Shown: positions 1-13,414 of the stretch, in pieces | Layout: each line of letters begins with the position of its first letter | Position numbering within the stretch: the stretch's first letter is position 1 | Source: Kofleriaceae bacterium | Lineage (GTDB): Bacteria > Myxococcota_A > Polyangia > Haliangiales > Haliangiaceae | Assembly (NCBI GenBank): GCA_046597055.1 | Contig: JBKJLC010000016.1 | Location: 1 to 64,000, forward strand | Length of the DNA: 64,000 nucleotides | Direction of reading: 5' to 3' | Program-made: the position numbers and the translations under genes | The notes under the pieces: model-generated | Databases searched by the model: none | What the model was told of the DNA's origin: nothing | What the model saw: the letters and a program-made list of their open reading frames with translations, nothing else

Positions 1-148
1 GTCGATCGATGATCGCGGCCGAGGCGCCCGGATGGCGAGGCGCGAGGAGGGCGCATACTCTCCGTATGTAACCGACGAGCAACGAAGCCAGCCGGGATGG
101 ATCGGCCGCGAGGGCGAGCGAGCTATTCATTCGCGGGCCCATAGTAGG

Positions 149-1258
149 ATGCGCGGCATGGCATCCCTCGACGAGCTGCGGGCCGAGCTGGGCGCGATCG
201 ACCAGGAGCTGATGGCGCTGGCCGCGCGCCGGCAGCAGGTCGCGCAGGCGATCGGCCGGCACAAGCACGACGCCGGGATTCCGGTGCGCGACTTCCGGCA
301 GGAGCGCGACGTGGTCGAGCGGGCCCGCGCCAGCGCCGCCGCGCTCGGGCTGGCGCCGTCGTTCGGCGAGGAGCTGGTGCTCGCGCTCATCCGCGAGTCG
401 CTCACCGTGCAGGAGCGCGACCGGGTCGCCGCCCGGGGCGCCGGCGGCGGTCGCCGCGTGCTCGTGATCGGCGGCGCCGGCCGCATGGGCCGCTGGTTCG
501 TGCGCTTCCTCGCCGCCCAGGGCTTCGCGGTCGAGGTCGCCGATCCGAGCGGCGCCGTCGACGGGGTGCCCTCGGTGTCCGACTGGCGGACGGTCACGCT
601 CGATCACGAGCTGATCGTCGTGGCCGCGCCGATGCCGGTCACCGCCACCATCCTGCACGAGCTGGCGGCGGCGCCGCCGCGCGGGATCGTGTTCGACGTC
701 GGCTCGCTCAAGAGCCCGCTGCGCGACGGTCTGCACGCGCTGCGCGCCGCCGGCGGGCGGGTCACGTCGATCCACCCGATGTTCGGCCCCGACACCGAGC
801 TGCTCAGCGGTCGCCACGTGATCTTCATCGACCTCGGCGACGCCGACGCGACCCGGGCCGCCCGCGACCTGTTCACCTCGACGATGGCGACCTTGGTCGA
901 GATGGATCTCGAGAGCCACGACCGGCTGATCGCCTACGTGCTCGGACTGTCGCATGCGCTCAACATCGCGTTCTTCACCGCGCTGGCCGAGAGCGGCGAG
1001 GCCGCGCCGCGCCTGGCGACGCTGTCGTCGACCACCTTCGACGCCCAGCTCAAGGTCGCGGCCAAGGTCGCCGGCGAGAACCCCGATCTCTACTTCGAGA
1101 TCCAGCGGCTCAATGACTACGGCACCGAGTCGCTGTCGGCGCTGCTGCTCGCGGTCGAGCGACTGCGGTCGGTGGTCCGCGCCGGCGACGCCGCCGGCTT
1201 CCGCGCGCTGATGGAGCGCGGCCGCGCGTACCTCGAGCGGCGCGACCCCGCCGGCTGA
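149..1258 (+). CDS. tyrA: Bifunctional chorismate mutase / prephenate dehydrogenase
   Basis: N-terminal CM ([15 protein letters not shown]...IGRHK...RDFRQE), Rossmann [35 protein letters not shown]. Start at ATG 149 or 158. Confidence 0.9.
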   Translation: MRGMASLDELRAELGAIDQELMALAARRQQVAQAIGRHKHDAGIPVRDFRQERDVVERARASAAALGLAPSFGEELVLALIRESLTVQERDRVAARGAGGGRRVLVIGGAGRMGRWFVRFLAAQGFAVEVADPSGAVDGVPSVSDWRTVTLDHELIVVAAPMPVTATILHELAAAPPRGIVFDVGSLKSPLRDGLHALRAAGGRVTSIHPMFGPDTELLSGRHVIFIDLGDADATRAARDLFTSTMATLVEMDLESHDRLIAYVLGLSHALNIAFFTALAESGEAAPRLATLSSTTFDAQLKVAAKVAGENPDLYFEIQRLNDYGTESLSALLLAVERLRSVVRAGDAAGFRALMERGRAYLERRDPAG

Positions 1259-1388
1259 ACGGTCGTGCGGTGGGGACGGTGCGCCTCGTCAGCTCGCTCG
1301 GTCGCCGGCTACTCGAGCCGCCAGCGCCGTGCAACTCCGCGTCGCGACAGATGCCTCGGTCGGTACGGCGGTTGCTCCAGGCAGCGGC

Positions 1389-3011
1389 ATGCGAATCACC
1401 TCCTTGCTCGCCGTCACGTGCGGGCTCGCCTTTGCCAGCGGTTGTGACGACGTGCCGGACCTCGCCAGCGAGGACCCCGAGGACAGCTTCTTCGTCGACG
1501 ACAGCAAGGCGGACGACTTCCTGAGCGTGACCGCCCAGGAGTACCTGCTCGACGGCAAGTCGACCGTGGTGCTCGGGGCCGAGATGGCGGGCCGCCCGGC
1601 GGCCGAGCGCCTGGCCGCGGCCAAGCAGCTGATTGGCTACAAGCAGATCGCGATCGCGTGGTTCGTCACCCAGTACCTGGTCGACAAGGAAGCCGACGCA
1701 GGCAACGCCGGCTTCGGTGGCCTCGGCGGCATGGCCAAGGCCGGCGCCTACGAGGATCTCGAGATCCGCGAGCGCGCCGACGGGATCACGTTCGACTTCA
1801 CCTTCCGCCAGCTCGCCGCCGGCGGCCGCTCGCTGATCAGCAAGCTGCCGACCCGCGTGGTCGGCGGCAAGACCGTGTTCGACCTCGCGATCGGTCGGCC
1901 GTCGAACGACGAGCTGCGCCGGCTCGAGACCAACGGCGAGTGGTATCGCAACGCGCCGTGGTCGGAGTGGAACCCGGCCACCGTCCCGGCCGACCGGCAG
2001 GAGACGATCACCTTCTCGATCGCGCGCGAAACGGCGTCGACCGACGGCTTCTTCGATCTGGCCCGGCTCACCGCCGACGGCACGCTCGATATGGACGTCT
2101 ACTTCGGCTGGGACTACCACTCCGAGTATCACCTCAAGCACTCCAAGCAGTTCTTCACCTGGCTCAAGGGCCAGGGCTTCCAGACCCCGGTCGCGAGCTG
2201 GGACGCGCTGACCGCGACCTCCGGCGCGTTCACCCGCACGGTCCAGGCCGACGGCAAGCCGATCAAGGTCGAGGTCCGCATGTACTTCGGCAAGCCGGGC
2301 ACCAGCACCGATCCCGACACCGACGCCGGCGGCGTGGTGCTCGAGGAGCTAGCGACCGCGTCGCTGGCCACCCGCGACGTCATCGTCTACTCGGGGCACT
2401 CGGGCCCGTTCTACGGCTTCGCGCTGGCCAACTGGAAGAAGACCAGCGAGGGCGATCTCGACGACGCCGAGATGCGCGTCGCCCAGATGCCGGCCGACCG
2501 CTACCAGGTGGTGCTGGCCGAGGGCTGCGACACCTACCAGATCGGCACCGCGTTCAAGGAGAACCCGAACAAGGCCGGCAAGAACGTCGACGTGATCACC
2601 ACGACCTCGTTCTCCGATGCGTCGTCGCCGGCCGCGGTCCAGAGCTTCGTCGCCGCCCTGCTCGCCCGTGACAACCTGCAGCGGCTCCGGCCGCAGCCGG
2701 TGTCGGGCCTCTTGACCCGGCTCGACGCGGGCTCGTCGGCCTTCACCTCGATGTACGGCATGCACGGGATCGACGACAACCCCAAGCTGGTCCCGTTCGC
2801 GAGCACCGCGAGCTTCGGCAAGACCTGCTCGGCCAACGCCGACTGCGGCGGCCCCGGCAACCTGTGCGTGACGTCGGGCACCCGTGGCAAGCGCTGCACC
2901 GCCGCCTGCGCCGGCACCGGCGTGAGTGGCTGCGGCACCGGCTACACCTGCAAGGCGGTCGCGAGCTCGTCGAGCAACACGATCTACGGCAAGGCCTGCG
3001 CGAAGAACTGA
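1389..3011 (+). CDS. Predicted lipoprotein with possible His/Cys peptidase-like domain and Cys-rich C-terminus
   Basis: Lipobox-like FASGC, SKAD motif, YSGHSG and LAEGCDTY, C-terminal 8-Cys module; strong GC3 bias. Confidence 0.7.
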   Translation: MRITSLLAVTCGLAFASGCDDVPDLASEDPEDSFFVDDSKADDFLSVTAQEYLLDGKSTVVLGAEMAGRPAAERLAAAKQLIGYKQIAIAWFVTQYLVDKEADAGNAGFGGLGGMAKAGAYEDLEIRERADGITFDFTFRQLAAGGRSLISKLPTRVVGGKTVFDLAIGRPSNDELRRLETNGEWYRNAPWSEWNPATVPADRQETITFSIARETASTDGFFDLARLTADGTLDMDVYFGWDYHSEYHLKHSKQFFTWLKGQGFQTPVASWDALTATSGAFTRTVQADGKPIKVEVRMYFGKPGTSTDPDTDAGGVVLEELATASLATRDVIVYSGHSGPFYGFALANWKKTSEGDLDDAEMRVAQMPADRYQVVLAEGCDTYQIGTAFKENPNKAGKNVDVITTTSFSDASSPAAVQSFVAALLARDNLQRLRPQPVSGLLTRLDAGSSAFTSMYGMHGIDDNPKLVPFASTASFGKTCSANADCGGPGNLCVTSGTRGKRCTAACAGTGVSGCGTGYTCKAVASSSSNTIYGKACAKN

Positions 3012-3037
3012 GGGCTGCGGCGGTAGACTCGGCCTCG

Positions 3038-4831
<1,794 letters not shown>

Positions 4832-4876
4832 TCGGGAGGCCGGCCGGCTCGAGCCGGCCCGCGCCGCGACACAAAC

Positions 4877-4916
4877 TTGACGGCCGCGGAGCGCTCGCGT
4901 ACTGAACATATGTTCA
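4877..4916 (+). promoter_or_regulatory. Sigma70-like promoter overlapped by a perfect 14-bp palindrome (LexA-box-like)
   Basis: TTGACG (4877-4882), 17 nt spacer, TACTGA (4900-4905); TGAACATATGTTCA (4903-4916) contains GAAC-N4-GTTC. Confidence 0.6.
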
Positions 4917-5371
4917 TGGCCACCCTCCCCCTTCGTGATCCCGAGAACGATCCTCTCCCCGCCGAGCTGCGCGCCATCGTCGAGCTGTTCAACGGCGAGC
5001 TCGCCAAGGTGTCCTTCCCCGACGTCGACGCGGCGGTGCTGCAGCGCGAGGTCGACGAGGTGACCGCGCGCGCCCGCGAGGTGGCCCGCGCCCGCCAGGC
5101 CCTGGTCGGCGCCGAGTCCGCGCTGTCCGAGCGCACCGCGCTGCTGGCCCAGCTCGCCGCCCGCGGGCTCGCCTACGCGCGCATCTACGCCGAGGCCCAC
5201 CCGGCGCGCACCGACCTGGCGCGCAAGCTGGAGGTCGCGGTGGCTCGACCGCCGGAGACGAACCCCGAGCCCGGCCCGCGTCGACGCGGCCGCCCGCCCA
5301 AGACGCCGCGGGTCGAGCTGCCGTTCGACCGCGCCGGCACCGGCGAGCAGCCAGCCGAGACGGCGCCGTAG
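4910..5371 (+). CDS. Hypothetical coiled-coil protein with C-terminal AT-hook-like motif
   Basis: Helical core, PRRRGRPPK motif; start ATG 4910 or 4916. Confidence 0.7.
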   Translation: MFMATLPLRDPENDPLPAELRAIVELFNGELAKVSFPDVDAAVLQREVDEVTARAREVARARQALVGAESALSERTALLAQLAARGLAYARIYAEAHPARTDLARKLEVAVARPPETNPEPGPRRRGRPPKTPRVELPFDRAGTGEQPAETAP

Positions 5372-5399
5372 CGCGCGCCGCGGGTTGACCTCGCAACGG

Positions 5400-6440
5400 T
5401 CAGGGCTTGCGCGCGACGACGACCTTGGCGACCAGGTGCGGTTCGACCGACTCGACGACGAAGCCGCGCTCGCGCAGGATCACGGCGAGATCGTCGCCGA
5501 GGTAGTGGCGGTAGTAGGGCTCGTGGAACTCGGCCGGAAAGCTGCCCAGCACGTCGGCGAGTTCGGGGCTGTCGGCGACCTGGCACGAGTCCTCGAGCAC
5601 CACCAGGCCGCCGGGCCGGAGCACGCGCCACATCTCGGCGACCACGTTGCGACGCGCGCTGCGCGGCAGCTCGTGGAACAGATAGACACTGGTCACGACG
5701 TCGAAGGTGCCGTCGGCGTAGGGCAGCGCCTCGCCGTTCTCGACCGCGAGCGAGATCTCGGGAACGTCGGCGAGCAGCTTGCGCGCCGCCTTCAGGTAGA
5801 ACGGCGACAGATCGACGCCGTGGAAGCCCACCTCGGGGTGGGCGACCGCGAGCTGGCGCAGCGTGCGCCCGGTGCCGCACCCGACATCGAGCAGGCGGAC
5901 CCGGCCCGGCGCCACCCCCGGCTCGGCGAGGAACCGGGTGACCGGCGGGATCACCTGGCGACGCATCACGTCGGCCGTGCCACGGAACAGGAGCTCCACG
6001 CCGAGGTCGTAGATCTCGGCCGAGTGCTCGCTGAGGTAGCCGTCGGTCTGCCAGTGGAAGTTGCGCCGGTAGTAGGCCGGGTAGCGGGCCTTATCGACGG
6101 TCGGGATGTCCTGGTACGCGCCGCGCTTCTTGCGGCGCACGATCGACGGGGCGTCGAACATCAGCCGCGGCAGCACCCGCGCATACTCGCGATGCGGGAT
6201 CTGGAACAGCAGCGCCTTGGGATAGAGCCCCTCGCGCACGTTCTCGAGATCGCGCTCGAACAGCGCGGTCACCCGCTGCCGCAGGAAGCCCAGCACGTTG
6301 GCCGGGATCTTCGGACGCGGCGTGCGCGACAGGATCCGCGCGGTCTCCTGCAGCACGGTGGCGTTGATCAGGAAGGAGAGCTGCTGGGCGCGGTAGGCGA
6401 CGCGGCCGAACGCTCCGAGCGGGGAAAGTTGGGACTGCAT
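5400..6440 (-). CDS. Class I SAM-dependent methyltransferase
   Basis: LLDVGCGTG, GVDLSPFY, FDVVTSVYLFHE, RVLRPGG. Confidence 0.9.
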   Translation of the reverse strand: MQSQLSPLGAFGRVAYRAQQLSFLINATVLQETARILSRTPRPKIPANVLGFLRQRVTALFERDLENVREGLYPKALLFQIPHREYARVLPRLMFDAPSIVRRKKRGAYQDIPTVDKARYPAYYRRNFHWQTDGYLSEHSAEIYDLGVELLFRGTADVMRRQVIPPVTRFLAEPGVAPGRVRLLDVGCGTGRTLRQLAVAHPEVGFHGVDLSPFYLKAARKLLADVPEISLAVENGEALPYADGTFDVVTSVYLFHELPRSARRNVVAEMWRVLRPGGLVVLEDSCQVADSPELADVLGSFPAEFHEPYYRHYLGDDLAVILRERGFVVESVEPHLVAKVVVARKP

Positions 6441-6470
6441 CGGTTCACGCTCTCGGTTGTTGAATCAAGG

Positions 6471-7814
6471 TTAGCTTACAACCCGCGCGCGTCGACGTCG
6501 ACGAAGTAGCAGCAGCCCGACGATCGCGCCCAGCTCGAGGCCGGGGCGGCCCCCCACGCTGCAGCAGCCCTTGTCGGCCGGGGGCGGGCCGACCACGCCG
6601 GCGTCGACCGGCACCGAGCAGTCGATCTCCTCGGTGGTCGCCCCGAGCTGCTGCTTCTGGCCACACCACAGGTTCAGCTGACAGTCGTCGTACTGGAGCG
6701 TGCCGGGGGCGCACGCCACCGGCCCCAGGATGTCGACGAAGCGCAGGACCGACGTCCAGCTGCCGGCCGCGCCGGTGGTCGAGGTTGCGAGATTGGTGAG
6801 CGGCCCGCTGCCGGTCAGCTGGTTGTTCATGCACAGGAACAGCAGCTGGTCATCGGGACGCTCCGCGATGCACGGACTCTGGTAGTCCGCGCCCTCGACC
6901 ACCTGGAACGTGTCGCCCCGATCGACCGAGCGATGCAGCTTCTGCAGCATCGTCTGGACCACGTACACGTCGCCGTTGGCGCGGATCGCGAGCCCGCTCA
7001 GGGTGTCGTCGGCCTCGAGCACCTGGGTCCAGGTCGGCCCGGTCGGCAGCGGCGCGGCGCCGTTGCGGGTGCGGTAGATCCGCTCCTGCGGCGTGGCGGC
7101 GGTCAGGGTCATGCGGATGTAGACCGTGTCGGGATCGGTCGGGTGGATCCCGGCGATCACGAGGTCGGAATAGTTGGTGCCGACGAACGGGGCGGTCGAG
7201 AGCTCCTCCCAGGAGTCGCCGCCGTTCAGGCTGCGCGCGAGCACCCGCGAGCGCGGGTTATCACCCTCGAAGCGAAAGCCGGTCAGGTACACGCGGCGGG
7301 GATCGCTGGGCGCGACCTCGATCGAGGTCCACCAGTCGCTCCGGGGCACGCCCTTCGATTCCACGAAGCTCGCCCCGTCGTCGACGCTCTTGAACACCTT
7401 GTAGCCGCCGACCGGATCCGACAGCGTCGCCCAGATGTCGCCGTTCGACCCGACCGCGATCGACGAGGTGGTGCCGTCCGAGAGCGGGCCGGCCGGCTTG
7501 GTCCAGGTGCAGCCGTCGCGGCTCATGTAGATGCCGGTGTACGAGGTCGCGAGCATGAGGCCAGTCGAGGTCAGCTCGTAGTCGGGATCGTAGGTGCCCA
7601 TGATGCCGACCACCGAATCGCAGCCCCAGCGCCAGGTCGCGCCGTTGTCCTTGCTGACCAAAAAGCCGAAGGTGGTGCCGAGCACCATCTCCGTGGTGCT
7701 GCCGGGCCGGAACACGAGCTTGAAGGTCGTGGGGGCGCGTCCGTTGGCCGCCGCCGGGGTGACCAGCGCCGCGAGTAGAGCGAGGCCCACGAGAGCCCGC
7801 AGGTGAAACCGCAT
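6471..7814 (-). CDS. Secreted BNR/Asp-box beta-propeller protein with MYXO-CTERM-like tail
   Basis: Signal peptide; Asp-boxes SKDNGATW, SRDGCTW, SVDDGASF, SLNGGDSW; tail KGCCSVGG + hydrophobic helix + RRRRR. Confidence 0.8.
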   Translation of the reverse strand: MRFHLRALVGLALLAALVTPAAANGRAPTTFKLVFRPGSTTEMVLGTTFGFLVSKDNGATWRWGCDSVVGIMGTYDPDYELTSTGLMLATSYTGIYMSRDGCTWTKPAGPLSDGTTSSIAVGSNGDIWATLSDPVGGYKVFKSVDDGASFVESKGVPRSDWWTSIEVAPSDPRRVYLTGFRFEGDNPRSRVLARSLNGGDSWEELSTAPFVGTNYSDLVIAGIHPTDPDTVYIRMTLTAATPQERIYRTRNGAAPLPTGPTWTQVLEADDTLSGLAIRANGDVYVVQTMLQKLHRSVDRGDTFQVVEGADYQSPCIAERPDDQLLFLCMNNQLTGSGPLTNLATSTTGAAGSWTSVLRFVDILGPVACAPGTLQYDDCQLNLWCGQKQQLGATTEEIDCSVPVDAGVVGPPPADKGCCSVGGRPGLELGAIVGLLLLRRRRRARVVS

Positions 7815-8028
7815 CCGAGGACCCTACCGCACGCGCGCGGGTCGGGCGCGCGCCCCGCCTCACAGCCGGCGACGCACCGCGACGCACGGACCGCAGCCGC
7901 GGCCGGGCCGCGCCGACCTGGGTTGTAGGGTCCTCGTAGCGGGGGCCCTGGTCTCGCGACCCCCAGGCCAAGACCGCAAGATTCCACCGACGTGAGCTGG
8001 CGTACACGTTGCAAAACCGGAACAGGTC

Positions 8029-8997
8029 GTGAGTCGCATCGAACGCATCGGCACCTATCGCCTGGTCGAGCTGCTCGCGCAGCGCACGACCACCGACGTC
8101 CACGCCGCCGTCTGCGAAGGCCCGGCCGGGTACACGCAGCCGGTCGCGGTGAAGAGCCTGCGCGCCGCGCTCGCGAACTCGAGTGCGCACGTGCCGGCCT
8201 TCCTGCACGAGGCGCGCGCCGCCGCCGCCGTCTATCACCCGAACGTCGTGCAAGCCCACGGCCTGCTCGAGGAGCGCGACCGCTACTTCCTGGTGATGGA
8301 GCTGGTGCGTGGCTGGACCGTGCGCGCGCTCGCCGCCACGCTCGCGCTGCGGCGGCGCGCGATCGCGATCGACATCGCGGTGACGATCGTGCGCGACGCC
8401 GCGGCCGGCGCGCACGCGCTCCACGCCGCGGGCCTGCTCCACCGCAACCTGTCGCCGGAGAATCTGATGATCGGGGCCGGTGGCCACGTGAAGATCATCG
8501 ACTTCGGCTGTGCGAGCTGGGAGCTGACCGAGCGGGTGCGACCGGCACCCCTGCCGCAGCTCGACGCCGGCTGCGCGGCACCCGAGGCCGCGCTCGGGCT
8601 GCGCGGCGATCGCCGGGGTGACGTCTACAGCCTGGGGGTCGTGCTGCACGAGCTGGTGCTCGGCGGTCCGCCCCCCGCGGCCGCGGGCTGGCCGCGCTGG
8701 CGCGGCGCCGGCGCGCCCCGGCAGGCGCCTCGGTCCGACGTGCCCCCGGCGCTCGCCGCGGTGATGGACCGCGCCCTCCGCTACGATCGCGACGAGCGGT
8801 ACGATACCGCCGGCGAGCTGGCCACCGCCCTCGACGAGGTCGCGCTGCGCCAGGGCTGGCGCACCTCGCCAGCCGCGCTCGGGGCCTACCTGGCCCAGAC
8901 GTTCACCGGCGTGGTCGTGCACCACGGGCTGCCGCGGCCGGCGTCGACCGCGAACATGGGCACCACCCGGGTCCGCCTGCGGCGCGACGCGCGGTAG
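8029..8997 (+). CDS. Hanks-type Ser/Thr kinase-fold protein (probable pseudokinase)
   Basis: VAVK, HPNVV, LVMELV, HRNLSPEN, IIDFG, APE, DVYSLG. Confidence 0.85.
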   Translation: MSRIERIGTYRLVELLAQRTTTDVHAAVCEGPAGYTQPVAVKSLRAALANSSAHVPAFLHEARAAAAVYHPNVVQAHGLLEERDRYFLVMELVRGWTVRALAATLALRRRAIAIDIAVTIVRDAAAGAHALHAAGLLHRNLSPENLMIGAGGHVKIIDFGCASWELTERVRPAPLPQLDAGCAAPEAALGLRGDRRGDVYSLGVVLHELVLGGPPPAAAGWPRWRGAGAPRQAPRSDVPPALAAVMDRALRYDRDERYDTAGELATALDEVALRQGWRTSPAALGAYLAQTFTGVVVHHGLPRPASTANMGTTRVRLRRDAR

Positions 8998-9021
8998 CCC
9001 CTTGGCAAGCGGCGCGCGCGG

Positions 9022-9969
9022 TCAGCCCAGGCCGATCTCGGCAAGGCGCTGGGCGAGATACCCGCCGGCGGTGAGGCCGGGATACTTCGCGACGCCGCCG
9101 GTGCGCGCGACCGCGCTGGCCATCGGCGTGAGGTCGACCTCCTTGCGCGGATGGATGAAGCACGGCATCGAGTAGCGATCGCTCGACGCGTCGCGCGGGT
9201 TCACCACCCGGTGGGTCGTGCTCTTGTAGAGGCCGTTGGTCAGGTTCTGCAGCATGTCGCCGGCGTCGACCACGATGTGATCGAACGAGGCGTGGATGGG
9301 CATCCAGGTGCCGTCGCGGCGCAGCAGCTCCAGGCCCTCCGAGGTCGCGCCCGACAGCAGCGTGATGAGGTTGATGTCCTCGTGCGCAGCGGAGCGCACC
9401 GCGCCCGGCGGCGCGTCGACCGTGGGCGGGTAGTAGATCACGCGGACGATGGTGTCGCTGTCGCTCACCATGTCGCGGAACGTCTCGGCGGGCTCGCCGA
9501 GGTGGCGCGCGCACGCGTCGAGGCAGATGGCGCCGAGGCCGTCGAGCGCCTGGTACAGCCCGGCCATCACGGGCTGAAACTCGGGCACCGCGTCGTCGGG
9601 CCACACGTTGGGACCGTAGGGCCCGTGGACGCTGTGATCGTCGGGGACGCCGACCCGGCCGACCTGCCAGAACTCCTTGAGGTCGGGCGCGCCCGAGTCG
9701 CGGGCGTGCTCGGTGCCAAAGCCGGTGTAGCCGCGCTGGCCCTTGGACCGGGCCCGGTGATAACGCTGCTTGACCTCGGGCGGCTGGCCGAAGAAGTCAC
9801 GAGCGACGTCGTAGGCGGCGCGGGTCAGCCGCTCGGGCACGCCGTGGTTCGCCAGCGCGAAGAAGCCGATGTCGGCGAGCGACTCGCCGACGCCACGGAC
9901 GAAGCGATCGCGGGCGGCGCCGCCGGCATGCCAGTCGTGCAGGTCGACCACGGGGATACTGCTGGACAT
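9022..9969 (-). CDS. 2-oxoglutarate/Fe(II) dioxygenase, isopenicillin N synthase family
   Basis: IPVVDL, GFFALANHGV, HED, HRV, RYS motifs. Confidence 0.9.
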   Translation of the reverse strand: MSSSIPVVDLHDWHAGGAARDRFVRGVGESLADIGFFALANHGVPERLTRAAYDVARDFFGQPPEVKQRYHRARSKGQRGYTGFGTEHARDSGAPDLKEFWQVGRVGVPDDHSVHGPYGPNVWPDDAVPEFQPVMAGLYQALDGLGAICLDACARHLGEPAETFRDMVSDSDTIVRVIYYPPTVDAPPGAVRSAAHEDINLITLLSGATSEGLELLRRDGTWMPIHASFDHIVVDAGDMLQNLTNGLYKSTTHRVVNPRDASSDRYSMPCFIHPRKEVDLTPMASAVARTGGVAKYPGLTAGGYLAQRLAEIGLG

Positions 9970-10093
9970 ACGACCTTCACTATCACCCCGGTGACCATCC
10001 GCGGGGCGGTGCCGGCGCCCGAAAACACGCCCGCGCGGGGCGGCCGGCTCGAGCGGTGGGAACCATGCCCAGGGCGCATCTTTCGCCACCCCT

Positions 10094-10570
10094 TCAGGCG
10101 TGCAGGTGGGCCTCGACCATCCACAGCTGCTTGTCGACGCCGGCGGTGATCTCGTTGAACAGGTCCGAGGTCACCTGGTCACCGGCGGCGCCGGCGGCCT
10201 CGATGCCGCCCCGGGTCTGCGCGCCGAACGCGGCCAGGCGCTCGGCGATCGCGATCACGTGATCGCGCCCCGCCGAGATCACCGTCGGGTAGCCCGACAG
10301 CCGGGTGCTGGCGGTGACCGTGGCCAGGGTGCCATCGGCGACGCCGCCGAGCTGGACGGCGCGCTCGGCGAGGTCGTCGCTCCACGAGCTGGCCGCCGCG
10401 TAGACCTGATCGAACAGCGCGTGCAGCGAGAAGAACTGCGGTCCCTTGACGTTCCAGTGCGCCTGCTTGGACGCGAGCGACAGGTCGATCGCCGTGGCGA
10501 GCGTGACGTTCAGCATATCCACCACCTTCGCGCGGGTGGACTCGGGAAGTTCATGCTTGGTGGGGTTCAT
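10094..10570 (-). CDS. dps: DNA starvation/stationary-phase protection protein Dps
   Basis: KQAHWNVKGPQFFSLHALFD, DDLAERAVQLGG, DKQLWMVEAH. Confidence 0.95.
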   Translation of the reverse strand: MNPTKHELPESTRAKVVDMLNVTLATAIDLSLASKQAHWNVKGPQFFSLHALFDQVYAAASSWSDDLAERAVQLGGVADGTLATVTASTRLSGYPTVISAGRDHVIAIAERLAAFGAQTRGGIEAAGAAGDQVTSDLFNEITAGVDKQLWMVEAHLHA

Positions 10571-10690
10571 TCACAGAGGGTGGCGCGGATCGCGGGCGAG
10601 CGGCAATGCCGTCTGCTACTCGACGTGATTGGCCAGGCTTATCCGTCGCGGCCGCGGACGGGCCCGGCGACGACGCGCTAGGGTCCGCCC

Positions 10691-11638
10691 GTGCGCATCG
10701 TCTCGCTTCTGCCGTCGGCCACCGAGCTGGTCTGCCTGGTCGGCGCTCGCGCGCAGCTGGTCGGCCGCTCGCACGAGTGCGACTTCCCGGCCGGGCTCGA
10801 GGCGATCCCGATCCTGACCCGGCCGCGCTTCGGCAACCCGGCGAGCAGCCGCGGGATCGACCTCGCGGTGCGCGAGCTCCTGGCCGCCGCGCTGGGCGTG
10901 TACGAGATCGATCTGACCGCGCTGGCAGCGGCGCGCCCCGACGTCGTCGTCACCCAGGATCTCTGCAACGTGTGCGCGATCGGCGAGGACGACGTGCGGG
11001 CCGCGCTGCGCGAGGTGGCCGGCCCGGCGGTCACCCTGCTGTCGCTGCACCCGACCCGGCTCGCGCACGTCTGGGACGACGTGGCGCGGGTCGGCGCCGT
11101 GCTCGACCGGCCCGCCGCCGCCGCGCAGGCCGCCGCACGGTTACGCGCTCGGGTCGATCAGGTCGCCGAGCGCGCGCAGGCTGCGGCCGCCGCTGCCGGG
11201 CGCCCGCGCGTGCTCACCATCGAGTGGATCGACCCGGTCCTCGCCGGCGGGCTGTGGATGCCCGAGCTGGTCGCCCTCGCCGGCGGCGAGCCGCTGGCCG
11301 CCCGCGCCGGCGAGCATGCGCCGGTGCTCGACCCGGCGGCGCTCGACGCGCTGGCACCCGAGGTCGTGCTGATCACGCCCTGCGGCTTCCCGCTCGCGCA
11401 GACCCTGGCCGAGCACGCCGCGATCGTCGCCAACTTGCCGTGGACGCGCTGGCGCGAGCGCGCGACCGTGCGGCCGCTCACGGCGTGGGCCGCCGATGGC
11501 AACGCCTACTTCAATCGCTCGGGGCCGCGCCTGGTCGAGTCGCTCGAGGTCGTCGCTGCGTGCACCCATCCCGGCGCGTTCGCCGACCTCGGCGCCCGCC
11601 ATGCGGCGGCGCTGGTCGCGCTCGCGCCCGCGGCGTGA
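10691..11638 (+). CDS. Cobalamin/Fe-siderophore-binding-fold protein (class III SBP), no signal peptide
   Basis: RIVSLLPSATE, VGRSHECDFP, TQDLCNVC, EWIDP, PCGF, FNRSGPRL. Confidence 0.85.
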   Translation: MRIVSLLPSATELVCLVGARAQLVGRSHECDFPAGLEAIPILTRPRFGNPASSRGIDLAVRELLAAALGVYEIDLTALAAARPDVVVTQDLCNVCAIGEDDVRAALREVAGPAVTLLSLHPTRLAHVWDDVARVGAVLDRPAAAAQAAARLRARVDQVAERAQAAAAAAGRPRVLTIEWIDPVLAGGLWMPELVALAGGEPLAARAGEHAPVLDPAALDALAPEVVLITPCGFPLAQTLAEHAAIVANLPWTRWRERATVRPLTAWAADGNAYFNRSGPRLVESLEVVAACTHPGAFADLGARHAAALVALAPAA

Positions 11639-13327
<1,689 letters not shown>

Positions 13328-13414
13328 GGGGCGCCTCGACGATCAGCTTGCCGCGCCAGTCGCCGCGTACGCAACCCCACACCACCCCCGCTGCGTGCAG
13401 TATGCTCGGAGGCA

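Noticed and set aside
6471..6580. Functional link between the MYXO-CTERM-like tail and the rhomboid at 49542-51212
   Set aside because: The genes are 43 kb apart; rhombosortases act on GlyGly-CTERM, and nothing in the sequence links them.
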